From: Candidatus Microsaccharimonas sp.
GTDB taxonomy: Bacteria; Patescibacteriota; Saccharimonadia; Saccharimonadales; Saccharimonadaceae
Reading direction: 5' to 3'
Length of the DNA stretch: 64,000 nucleotides
Assembly: GCA_049661485.1 (NCBI GenBank)
Contig: JBATAC010000002.1
Coordinates: 556,699 to 620,698, forward strand
Shown here one piece after another: positions 21,272-31,168 of the stretch (position 1 is the first letter of the stretch; the number at the start of each line of letters is the position of its first letter). The notes under the pieces were generated by a model. That model ran no database searches. It had not been told where the DNA came from and saw only the letters and a list, made by a program, of their open reading frames with translations. Both the position numbers and the translations under genes were made by a program.

Positions 21272-22000
21272 CTGTACAATTGCCGGCTTACTAATAGTTG
21301 AGCTAACACTACCAGCACTTTGTTGGTATTCACTTTGTACACGAGTTGAAACGGCTAGCTCGGCGACGTTAGGCGCAACAGCTAAAGAAGCTGCCTGAGC
21401 AACTGAAGCCGCAATACCAGTAGCAACGACATCATTAACTGCAGGTTGATCGGCAGCTGATGGTGTATTTGCAACAGCAGTAGATGCAGCCGTTGCAGAC
21501 TGCTGCGGTGCACGGTAGCCAACGCCAATAACTGCAACAAGCAGTACGAAAACGCTGGCATAAATAGCGACGGTTGACGATTTAATGCGACCTTTTTGAG
21601 ATCGCTTTTTTGTAATATGTGCTGGTACATTGCTTGAACGTACTACAGCTACCCCACCCTGGGTAGTGTGAACACTACCGCCCGTAATGTCATTACGAAT
21701 TATCGTTCTCCTGCCGCTCGGATTTCTCTCGAGGGCGTCTACCGTAATAAGTCTTTGCTTCTTGCTTTTAAAACAAGAAAAGGATACATGTCGACCAGTG
21801 TTATTATATTATAGTTTCTGGTACCCGTACGACTGTTCAGATAGGCGCATTAAGCTTCATACATCTTACTCGCAGGTGCTTTCGGCTAAATCGGCCGGAG
21901 GAAACACTAGTAGATATGAAATACTCAATGTGCTTACCCTATTGTAGCAACTATGGCTTTTTAAGTCAATTTATTTTATAACTATGCTATTTTGTCAAGT

Positions 22001-23128
22001 TTAGAGGATTTGGCACTTGCTTTGGCAGTGGTCATGAATATTAGCCTCGTGCTCCTCGAAGGTGCGGCCATAATACGTAATATCGTCATCACCACTTAAG
22101 AAATAGAGGTAATCGCCTTCCGCCGGATTAGCAACCGCCATAAGTGATTTTTTACCGGGTACGGCGATAGGACCCGGTGGAAGGCCTGGGTAACGCCGCG
22201 TATTATATGGCGAATCGAGGTTAGGATCCCTTGCTACCCCAGTTTTGTCAGCAATATATTGATAAGTGACATCTGAACCAAGCGGCATGCCAAGCGCGAT
22301 ACGGCTATAGAAAACCTGGGCGATTTGGGGCATATCGTCACCACCCCGGCTCGCTTCACGCTGAATAATCGAAGCAAGGGTGATGCCTTGATAAAGATTA
22401 AGTCCCCTTGCTTGGTATGCTGATACTAGATTATTAACTTCAATAACATCGTAATAAATTTCGAAAACATGCTCTAGAACCTCTTCGGCGGTTGCGTTCG
22501 AACCAAAACTATAGGTTTCACCGTAGATATAGCCTTCTAAATCACTTCCGGCTGGCTTATCTTGAAACAGTGGTGAGCTGTAGGATTTAGCGAAAGCCGC
22601 ATCAGTTTCTTGTTCAGTGTAGCCGGCTTCAATAAATTTTTTGCGATTTTCCGCCAATGTTGCCCCTGGTAAAAATGTGATACTAAACGTATCGACATTG
22701 CCTTTTACAATGTGCTCTACGATTTCAGGTGTTGATTCAGAAGCCGATAATCGGTATGTACCAGCTTGCAAACTGTTTTGAACGCCTTCGAGCCGTGTGT
22801 ACCAAAGGAATGCCTCGGCGCTTCGTATGACGCCGTCTTTAGAAAGTTGGTTCGCTATAGTTGTCGGTGAGCTTCCAGAGGTAATCTCGATCATCTTTTT
22901 GGTTGTATCCGAAGTGTTAACAGGGTTTAACTGCGCCTGATACCATAAAAATAGCCCGACTATACTTGTAACCACCATTACTACAACCGCAATACAAATG
23001 GTAAGAATAATTTTCTTTACTGGTCGTTTAGGCGGCGTAGGTTGCGGCTGTTCAACCGGTGCCGGCATTTGTTGAGGAGGAATAGGCGGTGGAGTTGGCC
23101 GCGGAAGGGGTCGGCGAAAATCATCCAC
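22001..23128 (-). CDS. mltG: endolytic murein transglycosylase MltG (YceG family)
   Basis: Proline-rich cytoplasmic N-terminus, one TM helix, and the YceG core (ITLASIIQREA...YNTRRYPGLPPGPIAVPG). Confidence 0.9.
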   Translation of the reverse strand: MDDFRRPLPRPTPPPIPPQQMPAPVEQPQPTPPKRPVKKIILTICIAVVVMVVTSIVGLFLWYQAQLNPVNTSDTTKKMIEITSGSSPTTIANQLSKDGVIRSAEAFLWYTRLEGVQNSLQAGTYRLSASESTPEIVEHIVKGNVDTFSITFLPGATLAENRKKFIEAGYTEQETDAAFAKSYSSPLFQDKPAGSDLEGYIYGETYSFGSNATAEEVLEHVFEIYYDVIEVNNLVSAYQARGLNLYQGITLASIIQREASRGGDDMPQIAQVFYSRIALGMPLGSDVTYQYIADKTGVARDPNLDSPYNTRRYPGLPPGPIAVPGKKSLMAVANPAEGDYLYFLSGDDDITYYGRTFEEHEANIHDHCQSKCQIL

Positions 23129-23543
23129 GCTGCTGCTCCAGGTAATCTTGCAAAATAATTGTCGCGGCCTGGGCGTCGATATCGGATTTTGCGTACGGTT
23201 TATTGTAGCTTTTTAACCGTTGTTCGGCCAGAACGCTCGTTAATGATTCGTCTTGAAAAACAATTCTCGCATCAATTAATTCTAGTTTTTCAACAAATTT
23301 TTCGACAAAATCAGTTTGGCTGGTTGCTTCGCCCTGCTGATTGCGTGGATAGCCAACCACAATCGTGTCCGCCCCTTCTTTTAAAACTATTTCTGTAATA
23401 GTTTGAATTTCTTTACCGTCAACTTCTACGGTCGTAAACGGTACTGCAATACGAACGCTAGCGTCGGCAACGGCAACACCTATTCGCTTTTCGCCTACAT
23501 CGAGGCCAACAAGCGCGTTACTGCTCATCAACTTTAAATTCAA
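23121..23543 (-). CDS. ruvX: Holliday junction resolvase-like RuvX (YqgF)
   Basis: GLDVGEKRIGVAVAD motif and about 140 aa of YqgF pattern (DESLTSVLAEQ). Confidence 0.85.
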   Translation of the reverse strand: MNLKLMSSNALVGLDVGEKRIGVAVADASVRIAVPFTTVEVDGKEIQTITEIVLKEGADTIVVGYPRNQQGEATSQTDFVEKFVEKLELIDARIVFQDESLTSVLAEQRLKSYNKPYAKSDIDAQAATIILQDYLEQQRG

Positions 23544-25167
23544 TGGTTATTTTATCAGTGTTATTTGGAACGGTACGAACCCAGAAGTACGAGAACCGAA
23601 CATCGACGTCTTTAATACCGTCAATTGTTTGTAAGATTTGTTGAACTTCGCCGTATCGCTTCCCCTTTACTTGCTCTTTAATATCTGTTTCGTTAATTTC
23701 TGGGCCAACACTCCCTGTCGCGTTAATGGTTGCAAGTGATGCATCACCCTCTTTTCGGAAATTACTCAATGTAGAACCATCTATTCCCGTCCTGTACACT
23801 TTTTGCGTAGCAGGGTCAATCTTTGCTTCAAGTACGGCTTTGAGGTATGAATCTAGGTCATCTCTCGGAACCGCTTGGATAGTGTACGTTACTGGAATTG
23901 TTAACTTAGCTTTACCCGAAGAAGCCTCTTGATCAACCGCAGGTGATGACACGGGCGAGCCACGCTCAACTGTAAAGCTACTTTCTATAGTCACCTCATC
24001 ATTTGTGAACTTAGCGATCAGTGCTTTCTTTTCATCATCAGTTGATTCGCCAACTAACTGGCCTTGAGCTCTTTCAACATCAGCTGCTGATACTACTTTT
24101 ACAACCTGGGACGTCCCGCCCGAAGTTGCATTAACCAGATTCGCAGAAACCCCTGACGGTGCACCAGACATAGAGCCACTTGCCCCGTTGTAGTTTGTCC
24201 CGGAATCGGCAGCTGTAATACCTGTCGTTGCTCCACTTCTCGCATTTGCAATTGTAAGTGTCACCGACTCGTCGGTTGTAAAGACGACACCAGATGTACT
24301 TCTTAGCTGCGTTCCAGCCGGTATAGTGCCAAGTGAACTGATTGAATCAGTCGTAAAACGTACTGTACCAGTGGCCTTCTCACCAACATCTTTTTGCCCA
24401 GTTGCATCAAACTCAATCGTTTCATCCTTTTTGTCTTGCTGGCTAACTGAGCTTATTACTCCGGCCTTATAGTCAGTAGCCGCGGTACCCCCAAGTCTTA
24501 CAGCAACATTCATTGGTTCCGGTGCAGTACTAGCAGTAATAATAACTGTCGCCGCCGGTGCAAATACAAACATCCAAATCAATAGCGCGATAAGGGCGAT
24601 ACCCCCACCGATACCTAAGAAAAGTTTTTTTCGGAATGAATCGAAGTTTGGAATTTTAGCACGGCTTTTAGGTTTTTTTATCACACCTCTGGCTGCCGCT
24701 ACAGTAGCGGTACTAGCGAGTGCGTCTTCGCCATCAATATCAATATCGGTTGAATCAATCGCTTTGTTGCGAGCATCAGCTAAAGCAGGTTTAGTACCAT
24801 CTTTTACTTTAATGCTATTAGCATGGTCGCCAACGGGTAGTTCAGAGCCATCAATAATATCATCACCATCATCAATAATTAGTGCTGGTATTTGAGCTAA
24901 TTCTGGTTTACTTTGTAAGTTTTTCGCTACAGGAATTTGAGCATTCGCTGCTAGTGCCACTAACGCGGCGTTATTCGTAATAAGAACCAACTTTTTATTG
25001 TCGATTTTTGCCATTCGCTCAAGAAGGCGTAAATTAACAGCACTTTGAAGCGCCCCGGTTCGTTTAGGGGGTACTAACGCGACGATTTTTTCTTTAGCGC
25101 TTTTGATTTTGCCGATAATGGCGGTAATATCGTCGTCAACATCGATGTAGATAACGTCTTTATTCAT
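23518..25167 (-). CDS. hypothetical single-pass membrane protein downstream of the ftsA-like gene
   Basis: 549 aa. Cytoplasmic N-domain of about 90 aa, then a TM helix (LFLGIGGGIALIALLIWMFVFAPAA), then a Thr/Ser-rich extracytoplasmic domain. No family recognised. Confidence 0.5.
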   Translation of the reverse strand: MNKDVIYIDVDDDITAIIGKIKSAKEKIVALVPPKRTGALQSAVNLRLLERMAKIDNKKLVLITNNAALVALAANAQIPVAKNLQSKPELAQIPALIIDDGDDIIDGSELPVGDHANSIKVKDGTKPALADARNKAIDSTDIDIDGEDALASTATVAAARGVIKKPKSRAKIPNFDSFRKKLFLGIGGGIALIALLIWMFVFAPAATVIITASTAPEPMNVAVRLGGTAATDYKAGVISSVSQQDKKDETIEFDATGQKDVGEKATGTVRFTTDSISSLGTIPAGTQLRSTSGVVFTTDESVTLTIANARSGATTGITAADSGTNYNGASGSMSGAPSGVSANLVNATSGGTSQVVKVVSAADVERAQGQLVGESTDDEKKALIAKFTNDEVTIESSFTVERGSPVSSPAVDQEASSGKAKLTIPVTYTIQAVPRDDLDSYLKAVLEAKIDPATQKVYRTGIDGSTLSNFRKEGDASLATINATGSVGPEINETDIKEQVKGKRYGEVQQILQTIDGIKDVDVRFSYFWVRTVPNNTDKITIEFKVDEQ

Positions 25168-25169
25168 AG

Positions 25170-26432
25170 TTAAATTTTTAGAAGGCGATTAAATTTATCT
25201 TTAATTGAATCTCCCTCACCACTCCCTACTAGTGTATCATATCCAACCCTTAAAAGGCCCATGGCGGTGATAAAGGTGTGGTCCTTTACATCACCGGTTG
25301 TATCAATTACCCCAAGCACTTCGTTCGGATTGATGTGTTGTACAGTCGGCTTACGAGTAAAGGGTAATTCTTTATGCCAAGCAGCCCCTTCCAGTGTGTC
25401 GACGAGCTTTTCAAGGCTTGAGCCACCACCACACAGCAAGATACGGTTAGGGAGATGGTCGACTGAATCAAATTCACTTAAAGCTAGCTCGACACCAGCA
25501 ATCCAAACTTCTAAAGTCTTATCGATTGCTTCGGTAACTTCTTTTTTTACTGACGGTTTAATTTGCTCATGCCCTATATTTACCTTGAGCTTTTCGGCAT
25601 CTTTATAGGGTAAGTTCATATCGCTGGCAATTGTTTGAGTAAAACTTCGCCCACCAATACCAAACATCTTCGTGCCTTCAACGCCACCGTCATTTACAAC
25701 CGCAATATCTGTCGTACCACCACCAACGTCGGCTAAAATTGCAGTAAAATTACTATTTCCGTCGTTACCAAGAACACTTCGGCTGACCGCAAATGGCTCG
25801 GCGGCAACAGCCAAAAGCTCTAGGGAAAGCTCATCGGCTACTCGTTCAAGGGCACCAATATGCACCATCGGTGCAAAAGCGGTGTAAATTTGAACCGCTA
25901 CATCACGACCCTGAAACCCTATTGGGTTACTTACCTTGTAGCCATCGATATGAATACCGACAAGTGCACTGTTAACAAGCTTTACTTCTACTTCACTGTT
26001 CCCAGTTTCAAGCGCAATTTGTGTTTGTGCCTTAGCCTGGGCTCGTTCTTGAACTTTCTCGATGATAAATTCCATTTCAGAATCATCGAGTGGACGGTCG
26101 GGCTGAGGGCGCCGATAACGAATTGTGTCAGTCACACCTTTTACAAGCTCGCCTGCGATACCAATAACAACCCGCTTAGCCTGTAGGCCAGCTTGATCTT
26201 CTGCTTGAGCTAAGGCCTCTTCACAATTACGAACCACCCCTGCTATATCTGCTATCGCACCGGAATGCATATCACTCACATCCTGCCGGGCGCGCCCGAC
26301 GCCTATAATCTGCAGCTCATCACCCTCTAATTTTGATATTAATGCTTTAATAAATTCCGTACCAATGTCGAGGGCTACAATGTAATCGTCGTCATCGGTT
26401 TTTCGTGATAATTTGAATTTTTTTAATACCAT
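25170..26432 (-). CDS. ftsA: actin-like ATPase, FtsA-like cell division protein
   Basis: ASKHA fold motifs (VALDIGTEFIKA, LADVGGGTTDIAV, LLCGGGSSL). Size and position upstream of ruvX and mltG fit FtsA/PilM-type proteins. The FtsA versus PilM assignment is uncertain. Confidence 0.7.
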   Translation of the reverse strand: MVLKKFKLSRKTDDDDYIVALDIGTEFIKALISKLEGDELQIIGVGRARQDVSDMHSGAIADIAGVVRNCEEALAQAEDQAGLQAKRVVIGIAGELVKGVTDTIRYRRPQPDRPLDDSEMEFIIEKVQERAQAKAQTQIALETGNSEVEVKLVNSALVGIHIDGYKVSNPIGFQGRDVAVQIYTAFAPMVHIGALERVADELSLELLAVAAEPFAVSRSVLGNDGNSNFTAILADVGGGTTDIAVVNDGGVEGTKMFGIGGRSFTQTIASDMNLPYKDAEKLKVNIGHEQIKPSVKKEVTEAIDKTLEVWIAGVELALSEFDSVDHLPNRILLCGGGSSLEKLVDTLEGAAWHKELPFTRKPTVQHINPNEVLGVIDTTGDVKDHTFITAMGLLRVGYDTLVGSGEGDSIKDKFNRLLKI

Positions 26433-26537
26433 AGTTATTGTCCATTATACCATTACTGATGAGTAAAATAAGTTGTGTAGCATAACCTTTTTCTACTAGT
26501 TGAATATTATTAAAATATATGATATAAATATAAAAAT

Positions 26538-27536
26538 ATGGACCAGGTTTATCCAGATGATTCATTCGATAATGAGGTAGACTTTGAGGCTATCAATTTT
26601 ACAGAGTCTCTTGCTAACCAGGTAGCTTTTGAAAACTACTTATTTGACAATATGACTCAACGCAAAGTAACCCATAAGATGGACGTCGAAGATACTGAGC
26701 CACTACCAATCAGGATTACTAAAGAAAATATTGAAAAATTACTTCCGATCGAAGTTCGCGCTATTTTTGGAGACGAAGATTGTCTGGTTGAGCACTTGTC
26801 AGTTTTTCAAGAAGAGAGGCCTGAACTTGCGTTTTTCTTTATGCGCTTTACTGTTAACGACGAGGTACATTCTATTACAACGCAATCTAACGAGAGCAAC
26901 GCTGTTTATACAAGACCTAATGCTTATGGAGATAAGGTTGAGTACCATCTACACCCTTCAGTCGCTCAATCTTTATTAGCAAGTTTTTTGTATGTACGAG
27001 AGTATAGCGCCGTAAAACCACTCGATGAAAACAAAACTGCTGCAATAGAAGAAGGTCAAGCTGATGAGTGGTTTTCAACGGCAAGTATGTTTACGATTGA
27101 TGAATCGGCCATTGTATCGACTCGCATTGGTGATTGTGACTTAATAGAAAGACTAGTCATGACACTGGGTCATTTCGATGGAGTATCGCAAACAACCACT
27201 TCAGGCCTATTAGTTGCCAACGGTCAACTAATGCTTGCAGAATTAAGTCACACCGAAAGCCCTCATATCACTCACGCTTCAAACGAACTTGAGCTCTCAT
27301 CCTATGAAAACCCGATCGGAACAAATAAATTTGAACGCGTAAGCCTTGCGCAACATCTTGCTGATATTAAGGTATTCCAAGGAGAGAATTTTAATGATCA
27401 AGTTGGTGAAATTGCTTACAAAGACGGATCTAAAACCGTTACATCGCAGACTGATTTAAAAGCTTGGAGTAAACTGTGCTCAGAGTTTGCAAAAACGATG
27501 AAAACCGCGCTTCAACCTTACAGATACTTAGACTAG
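26538..27536 (+). CDS. hypothetical acidic protein
   Basis: 332-aa ORF with native composition and an AT-rich promoter region upstream. No recognisable motif. Confidence 0.5.
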   Translation: MDQVYPDDSFDNEVDFEAINFTESLANQVAFENYLFDNMTQRKVTHKMDVEDTEPLPIRITKENIEKLLPIEVRAIFGDEDCLVEHLSVFQEERPELAFFFMRFTVNDEVHSITTQSNESNAVYTRPNAYGDKVEYHLHPSVAQSLLASFLYVREYSAVKPLDENKTAAIEEGQADEWFSTASMFTIDESAIVSTRIGDCDLIERLVMTLGHFDGVSQTTTSGLLVANGQLMLAELSHTESPHITHASNELELSSYENPIGTNKFERVSLAQHLADIKVFQGENFNDQVGEIAYKDGSKTVTSQTDLKAWSKLCSEFAKTMKTALQPYRYLD

Positions 27537-29408
27537 TTGTGCCTTAACCCGCCGTATACCAGCACTTGATGCTTCTTCTTTAGTAATCTTAAACTTCTTT
27601 CCATCCTCACCAAGTTGTCCAGTATGGTCAACATGTGGGCCGCCACAAATTTCAAGGCTGACAATATGGTCGCCTTCGCCCATTTGGTAAACTTTCACTT
27701 CTTCATTGTATCGCTCACCAAATGGCCCAATTGCGCCCATATCAAGGGCTTTTTGTGTTGGGTACATCGAGTAGCTTACTGGAAGATCTTCAGCAATCCA
27801 CTGGTTTACAAGTGCTTCAGCTTGGTCGAGTTCTTCACGGGTAACTTTGCGATCAAAATTGAAGTCAAATCGTAATCGCTCTTCAGTAATATTACTACCG
27901 TGCTGCTGGAAACTTGTTCCAATAACTTCACGAAGTGCAGACTGAAGTAGGTGCGTTGCTGTGTGGTATTTAAGATGGATAAGTTCTTGGCCACCAAGAC
28001 CACCTTTAAACTCACCTTTTGTTGCCGTGCGAGATCGGTTACGTTGTTCTTCCATACGTGCATCAAACTCTTCACGCCAACTATCAGATACTGTAATACC
28101 TTGCTTAAAGGCTTCTTCGGTAGATAATTCGACAGGGAACCCATAAGTGTCATAAAGGGTGAATAATTCAACACCAGTAAGGCCCTGGTCTGCGAGTTTA
28201 GCAAGTTGCTGTAGACCTTTTCGCAGGGTTTGACGAAACACTTTTTCTTCTTTTACTAGCACTGAAATGATTGTTTCGCGATTTTCAGCAACTTCTGGAT
28301 AGTCTTCTGCATAAAGGTCAGCAATAACCGGAACGATCTGCTCGAAGAAGTTTTGCTCAATACCTAAATCAAAAGCAAACCGAATAGCCCGGCGTAGTAG
28401 CCGGCGCATAACGTAGCCCTGCTCTTTGTTGGCTGGCACGCACCCATCAACCGCTAGGAAAGTTGCAGCGCGCAGGTGGTCGGCAATTACCCGCATGCTT
28501 GTGGTGTTGCTTTCATAACTTTTACCACTTAGTTTTTGAAGTTTCTCTATAATTGGCCAAAGCAAACTAATTCGAAATGCATCGGGGCTATCGATAGCAG
28601 CAGCAGCAATACGTTCTAAACCAGAACCATGGTCAATATTCGGTTTTTCAAGGGGCTCAAACACACCCTCGGCAACTTTTCGATAGGCCATAAAGACATT
28701 GTTACCAATTTCCATAAAGCGGCCACAATCACAGTTGGGGTGACAGAATTCACCAAAAGAGGTGTCGTGAGGTGTACCGAAATCATAGAACATTTCACTG
28801 TCCGGGCCACAGGGGTCACCAACAGGCGTCGTTTCAGGTCCACCATTACGGCTCCACCAGTTTTTACTACTATCATAATAAAAAATACGCTCGCCTTCTT
28901 TAATACCTCGGGAATAGCCTTCTTCTTCGGAACCAATCTCAGCTTCACCACTTGATAAACTGCGAGCTTCAAAAAGTCGTTTCCACATACTGGCTGCTTC
29001 GGTATCTTTTTCGATACCATATTCAGGCGCACCAATAAAACAGGTAACGTAGAGGCGGCTCATATCAAGGCCGACAACTTCAGAGAGCCATTCAAACATC
29101 CACTCAATTTGTTGTTCCTTAAAGTAATCACCCATACTCCAATTTCCAAGCATTTCAAAGAAAGTCGTGTGGCGGTTATCACCAATATCATCGATATCCT
29201 GAGCACGTAGACAAGTTTGGCTATCAGTAATGCGTACGCCCTCGGGGTGCGGCTGCCCTAAAAGATACGGAATCATAGGTTGCATTCCCGAACCAGTAAA
29301 TAATGTTGATGGATCGTCTTTTAAAATAAGCGGTGCCCGTTTTACAACAGCGTGGCCACGTTCTTTAAAAAACTCCAAGTATGAGTTACGAATTTCTTGA
29401 GCGTTCAT
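27528..29408 (-). CDS. alaS: alanine--tRNA ligase, short form lacking the C-terminal (C-Ala) extension
   Basis: Start trimmed to MNAQEIRNSYLEFFKERGH (ATG at 29408). Class II AlaRS core present (FTGSGMQPM, GDNRHTTFFEMLGNWS). Editing-domain zinc motif present (HTATHLL...CGGPHV). About 626 aa. Confidence 0.9.
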   Translation of the reverse strand: MNAQEIRNSYLEFFKERGHAVVKRAPLILKDDPSTLFTGSGMQPMIPYLLGQPHPEGVRITDSQTCLRAQDIDDIGDNRHTTFFEMLGNWSMGDYFKEQQIEWMFEWLSEVVGLDMSRLYVTCFIGAPEYGIEKDTEAASMWKRLFEARSLSSGEAEIGSEEEGYSRGIKEGERIFYYDSSKNWWSRNGGPETTPVGDPCGPDSEMFYDFGTPHDTSFGEFCHPNCDCGRFMEIGNNVFMAYRKVAEGVFEPLEKPNIDHGSGLERIAAAAIDSPDAFRISLLWPIIEKLQKLSGKSYESNTTSMRVIADHLRAATFLAVDGCVPANKEQGYVMRRLLRRAIRFAFDLGIEQNFFEQIVPVIADLYAEDYPEVAENRETIISVLVKEEKVFRQTLRKGLQQLAKLADQGLTGVELFTLYDTYGFPVELSTEEAFKQGITVSDSWREEFDARMEEQRNRSRTATKGEFKGGLGGQELIHLKYHTATHLLQSALREVIGTSFQQHGSNITEERLRFDFNFDRKVTREELDQAEALVNQWIAEDLPVSYSMYPTQKALDMGAIGPFGERYNEEVKVYQMGEGDHIVSLEICGGPHVDHTGQLGEDGKKFKITKEEASSAGIRRVKAQLV

Positions 29409-29466
29409 TAGGGGTATTATAGCAGGATATTCGCTACCTCGCCACCGTAGAGATGATAGACGAAAA

Positions 29467-29493
29467 GCCACCTCTGGGTGGGCGAGAGGTGGC
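29467..29493 (-). terminator. rho-independent terminator after mnmA
   Basis: GCCACCTCT, a 9-nt loop, then AGAGGTGGC. On the minus strand the stem is followed by CTTTTCG. It lies downstream of the mnmA stop at 29532. Confidence 0.55.
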
Positions 29494-29531
29494 CTGTTTA
29501 AATATAATAGAATGGTTTGCTGAAAATAATC

Positions 29532-30572
29532 TTAAGCAACAATGCCACCACCAAGGCACTGTTGTTCACTGTAGATGACAATTGACTGCCCCGGCGCGAC
29601 TGCGCGCTCGGGGTTTGTAAGTACTAGCCGTATTCTACCGTCATCTTCATACGATAGCTCTGCGGAAATAAGCGGTGCCCGATGGCGTACACGAACTTGG
29701 TATATAGCTTGCTGTGGTGCCTCGTTAATCCAATGCATATTAGTTACCGATAATTCTGGTTTCCATAGACTGTCATCATTTAGGTTGGTTGTAACATACA
29801 CTTCATTCTTTTCCATATCTTTCCCAACAACATAATATGGAAGACCTCCACCGACATCTAAACCATGGCGCTGTCCAATTGTGTAAAATATAGCCCCGTC
29901 GTGCTGACCTAATACTTTTCCAGTTTGTCGATCAATAATAGCGCCGGCTTTTTGTTCAACATACTGGCTTAAAAACTCACGAATACCAATTTGCCCTACA
30001 AAACAAATACCCTGGCTGTCTTTTTTTGCAGCTGTGTAGAGGCCACGCTCTTTAGCCATTTCCCTCACCTGCGGTTTTGTAAATTCACCTAGTGGAAAAA
30101 GGGTTTTTCGCAATGCATGCTCTGTAACACGATATAAAAAGTACGTTTGGTCTTTGTTAGTATCAACAGCCTGCAGTAGCTTACCGTCGCTTACCCTCGC
30201 ATAGTGGCCAGTAGCAATAAGGTCGGCACCGTCATCAAGGGCAGCTTCTAGGAAAAGCTTAAACTTCACTTCTTGGTTACACATAATGTCAGGGTTTGGT
30301 GTTCGGCCATGTTTATATTCATCAATCATGTAGTCTACAACTTTTTGACGATAGTCATTTTCAAAATCGAACACTTTAAAATCAATACCTAATTGTACCG
30401 CTACTCGCTTTGCATCGGCTAAATCATCAGCCCATGGGCAGCGCATACCGGGTAGATCCTGCGTCCAGTTTTTCATATACACACCGGTGACGTCGTAACC
30501 TTGCTCGACTAATAATGCGGCTGTTAAAGACGAGTCGACCCCACCACTCATTCCTACATACACTTTTGTCAT
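29532..30572 (-). CDS. mnmA: tRNA-specific 2-thiouridylase
   Basis: Start trimmed to MTKVYVGMSGGVDSS (PP-loop SGGVDS). Catalytic Cys contexts present (NPDIMCNQEVKF, DSQGICFVG). Confidence 0.9.
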   Translation of the reverse strand: MTKVYVGMSGGVDSSLTAALLVEQGYDVTGVYMKNWTQDLPGMRCPWADDLADAKRVAVQLGIDFKVFDFENDYRQKVVDYMIDEYKHGRTPNPDIMCNQEVKFKLFLEAALDDGADLIATGHYARVSDGKLLQAVDTNKDQTYFLYRVTEHALRKTLFPLGEFTKPQVREMAKERGLYTAAKKDSQGICFVGQIGIREFLSQYVEQKAGAIIDRQTGKVLGQHDGAIFYTIGQRHGLDVGGGLPYYVVGKDMEKNEVYVTTNLNDDSLWKPELSVTNMHWINEAPQQAIYQVRVRHRAPLISAELSYEDDGRIRLVLTNPERAVAPGQSIVIYSEQQCLGGGIVA

Positions 30573-31168
30573 GAACGCACTCCAAGATAGAAAGCAATAA
30601 TTTTTACAATTTCCCCGCCAACTAACCACCAACCGCGAGGGGTGAGCCACCAGAAAAATCCCCAATCTTTATCGTTAGTAACTGGGTAGTTACGAATTGT
30701 ACCGTCGCTTGCTAAAGTGTGGAACTCGAGACTAACCCGTCGTTGATGATACCCAGATGTTACAAGAATAACGTCTTTTAAATGTTCTGCTTCAAAAATA
30801 GTTTGCGAATTTACAGCATTTTGCTGGGTGTTGACTGATTCTTCATCAATAATAATTGCCGATATTGGCACCCCAGCTTGTAATGCCTGTAGCTTCATTG
30901 TGGCGGCATTACTTGGACCAGTTTTATCAAAAGCGGCACCAGATAGTACTAAGTAGTTCGCCCAGCCGTTTTGGTACAAATTAATTCCGGCAGCAGTGCG
31001 TGCTTCAGTATCACCCCCACTAACAACGACAATCGCATCAGCCTTATCACATTGAGTTTGGGATACTGGCTTCGTGTCACAGCCAATAAAGCTGTTTGGC
31101 TGCAAATAGATACTAAGACCTAAAATACTTACAATCAACACAATAGGGGTAATGATAAGCCACTTCAT
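30569..31168 (-). CDS. DUF218 (YdcF/ElyC/SanA-like) protein with N-terminal anchor
   Basis: N-terminal TM helix followed by the DUF218 pattern (AIVVVSGGD...YLVLSGA...NTQQNAVNS...VILVTSGYHQRR). Confidence 0.7.
   Translation of the reverse strand: MKWLIITPIVLIVSILGLSIYLQPNSFIGCDTKPVSQTQCDKADAIVVVSGGDTEARTAAGINLYQNGWANYLVLSGAAFDKTGPSNAATMKLQALQAGVPISAIIIDEESVNTQQNAVNSQTIFEAEHLKDVILVTSGYHQRRVSLEFHTLASDGTIRNYPVTNDKDWGFFWWLTPRGWWLVGGEIVKIIAFYLGVRS

Noticed and set aside
21603-21611. Programmed -1 ribosomal frameshift at the A-rich run in the LysM/CHAP gene.
   Set aside because: In the ATG-21630 frame the run is read as CAA AAA AGC. This does not match the X XXY YYZ geometry of known slippery heptamers such as A AAA AAG. 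A homopolymer length error or variation is the simpler explanation.
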